64,000 nt of DNA from Candidatus Velthaea sp. (GTDB lineage Bacteria; Vulcanimicrobiota; Vulcanimicrobiia; Vulcanimicrobiales; Vulcanimicrobiaceae), in NCBI GenBank assembly GCA_965214935.1, contig CBDCCS010000022.1, forward strand, positions 1-64,000, written 5' to 3'. The position numbers and the translations under genes are program-made. Positions 61,734 to 64,000 of the stretch are shown piece by piece. How positions within the stretch are numbered: position 1 is the first letter of the stretch; the number at the start of each line of letters is the position of its first letter. Below the pieces are notes generated by a model. The model did no database searches. It saw only the letters and a program-made list of their open reading frames with translations, and was not told the DNA's origin.

Positions 61734-63489
61734 GCCGCCGTTCCGGGCAATTCTCATTGCCAACCGGGGCGAGATCGCGGTTCGGATCATTCGGGCGGCC
61801 AAAGAACTCGGCTGCCGAGCCATCGCCGTTTATTCCGATGCGGACCGCGATGCGCGGCATGTCATGCTTGCCGACGAGGCCTATTATCTCGGTCCGGCAG
61901 CACCCGCGCTAAGCTATCTGTCCGTCGAACGATTGCTCGAGGCGGCGCGGCGTTCGGGTGCCGATGCGCTGCATCCGGGCTACGGGTTTTTCGCGGAAAA
62001 CGCCGGTTTCGCGCGGGCGGTAATCGCCGCGGGCCTGACCTGGATCGGGCCGCACCCTGCCGCTATCGACGCGATGGGCGATAAGGTACGCGCGCGCCGC
62101 GCCATGCGGGCCGCCGGCATCGCGGTCGTGCCCGGCGGGTCTGCGCCGCTCGAAGATGTGGCCGCTGCGCGCGCCGCTGCACTCGAGTTCGGCTTACCGC
62201 TGGCCCTCAAAGCGTCGGGTGGCGGCGGTGGAAAAGGGCTCAAGATCGCCCGGACGCTCGACGAAGTCGAAGCGGCGTTTTCAACCGCACAACGTGAAGC
62301 GCAAGCGTATTTCGGCGATTCGACGATCTACGCCGAACGGTATTTGGATAACCCGAAGCACATCGAATTGCAGATCCTCGCCGATAAAGCGGGCGCCGTC
62401 CTGCACGTCGGCGAGCGTGATTGTTCGCTGCAGCGCCGGCATCAAAAAGTTTGGGAAGAAACGCCGCCGGCGATTCCGGCCGGCGTTCGCGACCGGCTAC
62501 GCGCAGCCGGAATCAACGCTGCGCGGGCGATTGCCTACGATAGCGTCGGCACGATCGAGTGTCTGGTGACCGGCGACGATTTTTACTTTCTCGAAATGAA
62601 CACGCGCATACAAGTCGAGCATACGATCTCCGAACAAGTGTCGGGTATCGATCTCGTGCGCGAACAGATTCTCGTTGCCGCCGGCCGGCCTTTACCGTTC
62701 GGTCAGGCGGACATCGTCTTGCGCGGACATGCAATCGAAGTGCGAATCAACGCCGAAGATCCGGCGCAGCAATTTCGGCCCGCGCCGGGCACGATCGCGG
62801 ACTACCGCGAACCGGGCGGTTTCGGCGTTCGGGTCGATTCGGCGGCCTTCGCCGGGTGTACGATCGCCCCCGATTACGACTCGCTCATCGCCAAACTCAT
62901 CGTTTGGGGTCGCGACCGATTAGAGGCACTGCAACGGCTGGGCCGAGCCCTCGATGAGTTCCGTATCACCGGCGTTCCGACGACGCTCGAACTCTTACGG
63001 GCACTCGTCGATCTCGATGTGGTGCGCTCGGCGACCTACGGCACCGCAACGCTCGAGCCGTTTGCCGCCGGACGTACGTTTGAGCCGGCCGGCGTCATAA
63101 CCGCGCCGGGAATTGCCCCGGACGTCGACGATACGCTGCGCGTTGAAGTCGACGGCAAACTCTTTCGGATTCGATTCGTCGATGCGCCGATGCGCGCCGG
63201 GCAAACGTCCGGCGCAGCGGTGCGTGCACCGGTCGCCAAAGCACCGCGCAAATCAGCGTCCGGCGAGGCCGACAACGGCAACGAGATCGTTTCGCCGATG
63301 CACGGACTTGTCGTCGACGTACCGGTTCGGGCGGGCGATACGGTGGCGCAAGGGGATGTCGTAATCATCATCGAGGCGATGAAAATGATGAATGAGATTC
63401 GCGCCCATCGCTCCGGTACGATTGCCGCAATATTTGCCGATCGCGGGGCTACCGTCGAAGCCCGAACCCCGCTTGTCAGACTTGCTTAA
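61723..63489 (+). CDS. Biotin carboxylase - biotin carboxyl carrier fusion (acyl-CoA carboxylase alpha subunit)
   Basis: IANRGEIA, HPGYGF, RDCSLQRRHQK, EMNTRIQVEH, EAMKM. Confidence 0.95.
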   Translation: MLAEPPFRAILIANRGEIAVRIIRAAKELGCRAIAVYSDADRDARHVMLADEAYYLGPAAPALSYLSVERLLEAARRSGADALHPGYGFFAENAGFARAVIAAGLTWIGPHPAAIDAMGDKVRARRAMRAAGIAVVPGGSAPLEDVAAARAAALEFGLPLALKASGGGGGKGLKIARTLDEVEAAFSTAQREAQAYFGDSTIYAERYLDNPKHIELQILADKAGAVLHVGERDCSLQRRHQKVWEETPPAIPAGVRDRLRAAGINAARAIAYDSVGTIECLVTGDDFYFLEMNTRIQVEHTISEQVSGIDLVREQILVAAGRPLPFGQADIVLRGHAIEVRINAEDPAQQFRPAPGTIADYREPGGFGVRVDSAAFAGCTIAPDYDSLIAKLIVWGRDRLEALQRLGRALDEFRITGVPTTLELLRALVDLDVVRSATYGTATLEPFAAGRTFEPAGVITAPGIAPDVDDTLRVEVDGKLFRIRFVDAPMRAGQTSGAAVRAPVAKAPRKSASGEADNGNEIVSPMHGLVVDVPVRAGDTVAQGDVVIIIEAMKMMNEIRAHRSGTIAAIFADRGATVEARTPLVRLA

Positions 63490-63678
63490 CCAACACTCGT
63501 TCTTACATATTAGTATCTTTTGCGCCGCGTTTGACGGTGATTGCGTTCGGCGCTAAGCGGCGCTTTGTTTACGAGCGTTTACATTGCGCGATGTTTCGTG
63601 CTATGACTATCGATAACGATAGCTCGACGTGCGCTGCGTTTTACTGATAGCTACCTCTTTCTGCAATCGGCGGTTAGC

Positions 63679-64000
63679 GTGACCATCGTCAAGGCAACAG
63701 CGGTCGCCTCATCGTTACGCTTTACACCGCTCGATATCGGCGCGCCGTTGTGCGAGTCGCTCATCGACAGCCTAACCCGGCATGCGGTGTTTGCGCTTTC
63801 GCCGTCCGGCACGATCGTTAGCTGGAACACCGGCGCGCAGCGACTGTTCGGTTACCTTCCGGCCGAAATCATCGGCCGGCGCTTCGACGTCTTATTTGCC
63901 GTTCATGACGTTAAGATCGATACGCCGCGGGCCGACTTAGCCGCTGCGCGAAGTGGTGCGCACGCCGGTCGCGAGCGCCTGCAGATCCGCGCGGACGGGA
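63679..64000 (+). CDS. PAS-domain sensor protein (truncated by the window end)
   Basis: HAVFALSPSGTIVSWNTGAQRLFGYLPAEIIGR; frame stays open to the end of the window. Confidence 0.85.
   Translation, partial: MTIVKATAVASSLRFTPLDIGAPLCESLIDSLTRHAVFALSPSGTIVSWNTGAQRLFGYLPAEIIGRRFDVLFAVHDVKIDTPRADLAAARSGAHAGRERLQIRADG

Noticed and set aside
1..64000. tRNA/rRNA genes, IS elements, integrases, and the many Arg/Ala-rich overlapping ORFs
   Set aside because: No RNA gene or mobile element recognised by eye; the overlapping ORFs are typical high-GC shadow frames.

Overview
A gene-dense, GC-rich bacterial chromosomal window, mostly housekeeping. It carries a yacL-ispD-ispF / hemW / plsX block, rpmB, thiL-rpe-PASTA-yebC, a cmk-plsC-ispH-prenyltransferase-GT-C operon, radA, dapD, a full pentose-phosphate cluster (tkt-tal-gnd-zwf-opcA-pgl), a TetR-HlyD-TolC efflux operon, cydAB, a SWIM-SNF2 helicase, clpC, and an acyl-CoA carboxylase/fabI region interrupted by a PQQ cluster in the order pqqA-C-D-E-B. 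TolC together with Firmicute-like loci suggests a diderm Terrabacteria lineage such as Eremiobacterota; this is inference only. The best candidate for a new system is at 45.4-47.8 kb: a 75-aa, probably secreted prepeptide with four exact SGGGPVG[K/R] repeats, directly upstream of a TPR-like/LuxR-HTH regulator, resembling a peptide-signalling (RRNPP-like) pair. Other oddities are a GluRS paralog lacking both catalytic motifs, an IspD fused to an EF-G domain V-like module, a STAS-TM-LolA-like fusion under a paired palindromic operator, two genes absent from the ORF track (pqqA and a CTG-start AccE-like subunit), and a cluster of +1 frameshifts in the first 4 kb. All calls come from motif recognition by eye; no searches were run.
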